This document shows positions 61,061 to 64,000 of a stretch of 64,000 nucleotides of DNA, one piece after another. Positions within the stretch are counted from its first letter, which is position 1. Each line of letters begins with the position of its first letter. Location: contig NIVC01002620.1 in assembly GCA_002269645.1 (NCBI GenBank), positions 20,770 through 84,769 on the forward strand, given 5' to 3'. Origin of the DNA: Macrostomum lignano. Lineage: Eukaryota. The notes under the pieces were generated by a model, which did no database searches, was not told where the DNA came from, and saw nothing but the letters and a program-made list of their open reading frames with translations. A program made the position numbers and the translations under genes.

Positions 61061-61075
61061 GTGAGTTCTGTCCTG

Positions 61076-61860
<785 letters not shown>

Positions 61861-63424
61861 CAGGTGAGATTTCAATAATTCAGAAAATGAATAGCACTAA
61901 GAGATGGTCCAATATTGAGGCTTGCAGCCCAAAAGTTTAGCCAATGCAATACGTGCATGCAGCTCTCAATTTCATACTGCGCTGCACTTTCTCCTTTAAA
62001 CTGCATTGCACACAACCGAGGCGCAGTGATGTGCGCAATTGGAGCCCGAATCGCACTTTGACCTCTTCGTACTCGATTTTCACCGGTTGAACTCCCTGCT
62101 ATTCATGACGACTGCAGAAGCACTAGGAGCAATCTAAATCGCCCTAAATTTCCTCTAGAGTTTGTAGTTCAACTTTGAAAAGCATTTTTTCAGCAAGTTC
62201 CTTAGGATCAGGGTTCGCCGAAGGAGCCATAGAAAACATACAACTACAATTTAAAAGTCCATCCGACTGAGACAGAAAATGCAAAGAAAATAATAAGCAA
62301 TCAGAGTTCACCCCTAAATGAAGTCAGAAATGTCGAAAATATTCCATACAAAAAAACTGAATGACCATATCGCGCTCCACTTTGGTAGCAGTAACACTGA
62401 GGTCAAAATAAAGAAACTGGTGCAGAGAAATCACAAAATTGCCAACCCAGTCTGTGTAGACGACACCTGTTGTTGGCAATAGCTTTCGTTTGCCTGTCAC
62501 CATATTTCTTCTTGTTCAGCGACTTTGTCACGATTTAGACTGCTTTCTAGAGGCTGGGCAAGAAATAAAAAATGAACTTGGAAGTTCAACAAACCCGCAT
62601 AGACCGAATAGTATATAAATATGACTGAAGCAAAAGTGAAAGTTCACTGCGATCTTTCGCATGCAGTTTTTTATAGAAAATCTTTAGGAGAAGAACGGCT
62701 TGTCATGCTCGAACATGATGGATATTGATGCGGGCCTGTTGTCAACCTGAGTCTGTCATTGTCTCCAGTTTGGCGGTGTCCAGAATCGGTGACCAGCACA
62801 GACACTTCAAAAATAAGTCTTTATCACGATAGATGAAGAAATATCATGTCGGTTGAACACCGTTCTTTGCATTGGTAACTGTCAAAGCCAGCAGTGGAGC
62901 TGGGAAGCCTTAGTAGCATGTGCACGAGTGGTGGGGGCCGTGGTTAACCCGTTTAACTTCTTCTTTCACCTTTATAATAGTCGCTATGGGGGGCCGAGGC
63001 TCCTGGGCACCAAGGGACCCTAAGTCCCCAGCTCAACAACAGCAACAACACACGGGAGCAGCCCAACAGTATTGGCTGATACACAAAGAAATTGCGTTAG
63101 AAAAAAACACACATCAACGATTAAAATTGTTATAACAGAAAAAAATTAGAAAATTTTGCCTTCATGTAATATCTGCCAGACGTTGGCGGGTCAAACTGTG
63201 TTTGCAAACCTTATGGGACAGACAGAACCCCGCCTCTATACCAATGCCCCTGTGCAGGCAGGTGGGGCCCGGGGCTCTTAAGTCAGTTCTATTATAGGTA
63301 AGCTTTGCCACCTGTCAATACCTGCTTCTTTGACATGCGTGCGCTGCGCTCGCCCAGTGATGTATGGAGGTGTCATTGTGAGCCTGCTTATATTCTTATA
63401 TTGAGTTTTCTATGATAAAGGAAG

Positions 63425-63945
63425 GATTAGGGAGATATAGAGAGAGTTGGAGGGAGGGATGAAAGATGAAGGGAAATATTAAGGGAATGATGTAGGGAGA
63501 GATGTGGGGAGAGATTTAGGGAAATATTAAGAGAGAGATGGAGGGAGAGATGAGGGAGAGATGGGGAGAGAGATGTAGGGAGAGATGGAGTTAGAGAGAT
63601 GTAGGGAGAGATGAAGGGAGAAATGTAGGGAAATATTAAGAGAGAGATGAGGGAGGGGATGGAAAGGAGAGATGGAGAGAGAGATGTAGGGTGAGATGGA
63701 GAGAGAGATGGAGAGAGAGATGTAGGGTGAGATGGAGTTGGAGAGATGTAGGAAGAGACTTAGAGGGGGATTTATGGAAATATTAAGAGAGAGAGATGGA
63801 GGGAGAGATGTAGGAAGATATTTAGGAAGAGAAGGGAGAGATGAAGGGAGATATGTAGGGCGAGATGTAGGGAGAGATGGAGGGAGATGTAGGGAGAGAT
63901 GGAGGGAGAGATGAAGGGAGAGATGAATGATGACAGGAGGGATAC
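63425..63945. repeat. Degenerate GA-rich minisatellite (GGAGAGATGTAG-like)
   Basis: Direct reading. Confidence 0.8.
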
Positions 63946-64000
63946 TAGAAAAGCCGAAAGGAAAGCAAGCAGATCCTGAATTGCCCCAAGCTTCAGAGCA

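Overview
Eukaryotic (animal) genomic DNA with GC-rich exons separated by very large micro- and minisatellite arrays. The overall style and a 2DBD-type nuclear receptor suggest a free-living flatworm such as Macrostomum (inference, not verified). Gene models were built by hand from splice sites and reading phase: (1) a 12-exon anosmin-1/KAL-1-like gene on the minus strand (134-19832, about 741 aa) that lacks the WAP domain and ends in a GPI-signal-like tail; (2) a possible small single-pass membrane protein (21626-21856, minus); (3) an F-box protein gene (22637-25169, plus) with an in-frame TAA or a cryptic 75-nt intron; (4) fragments of an unidentified gene near 27.5-28.7 kb; (5) a 4-exon flotillin-1 (36116-44561, minus, 432 aa); (6) a 2-exon tetraspan claudin/PMP22-like protein (47988-49155, plus); (7) the 5' part of a nuclear receptor with a CEACKK P-box (2DBD type, about 60.0-61.06 kb, plus) broken by about six single-base deletions. 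Mobile DNA includes a tRNA-headed CORE-like SINE, two non-LTR retrotransposon remnants and a decayed hAT-like remnant. Most long ORFs in the supplied track are artefacts of tandem repeats. No prokaryotic systems, CRISPR arrays, rRNA or intact tRNA genes were found.
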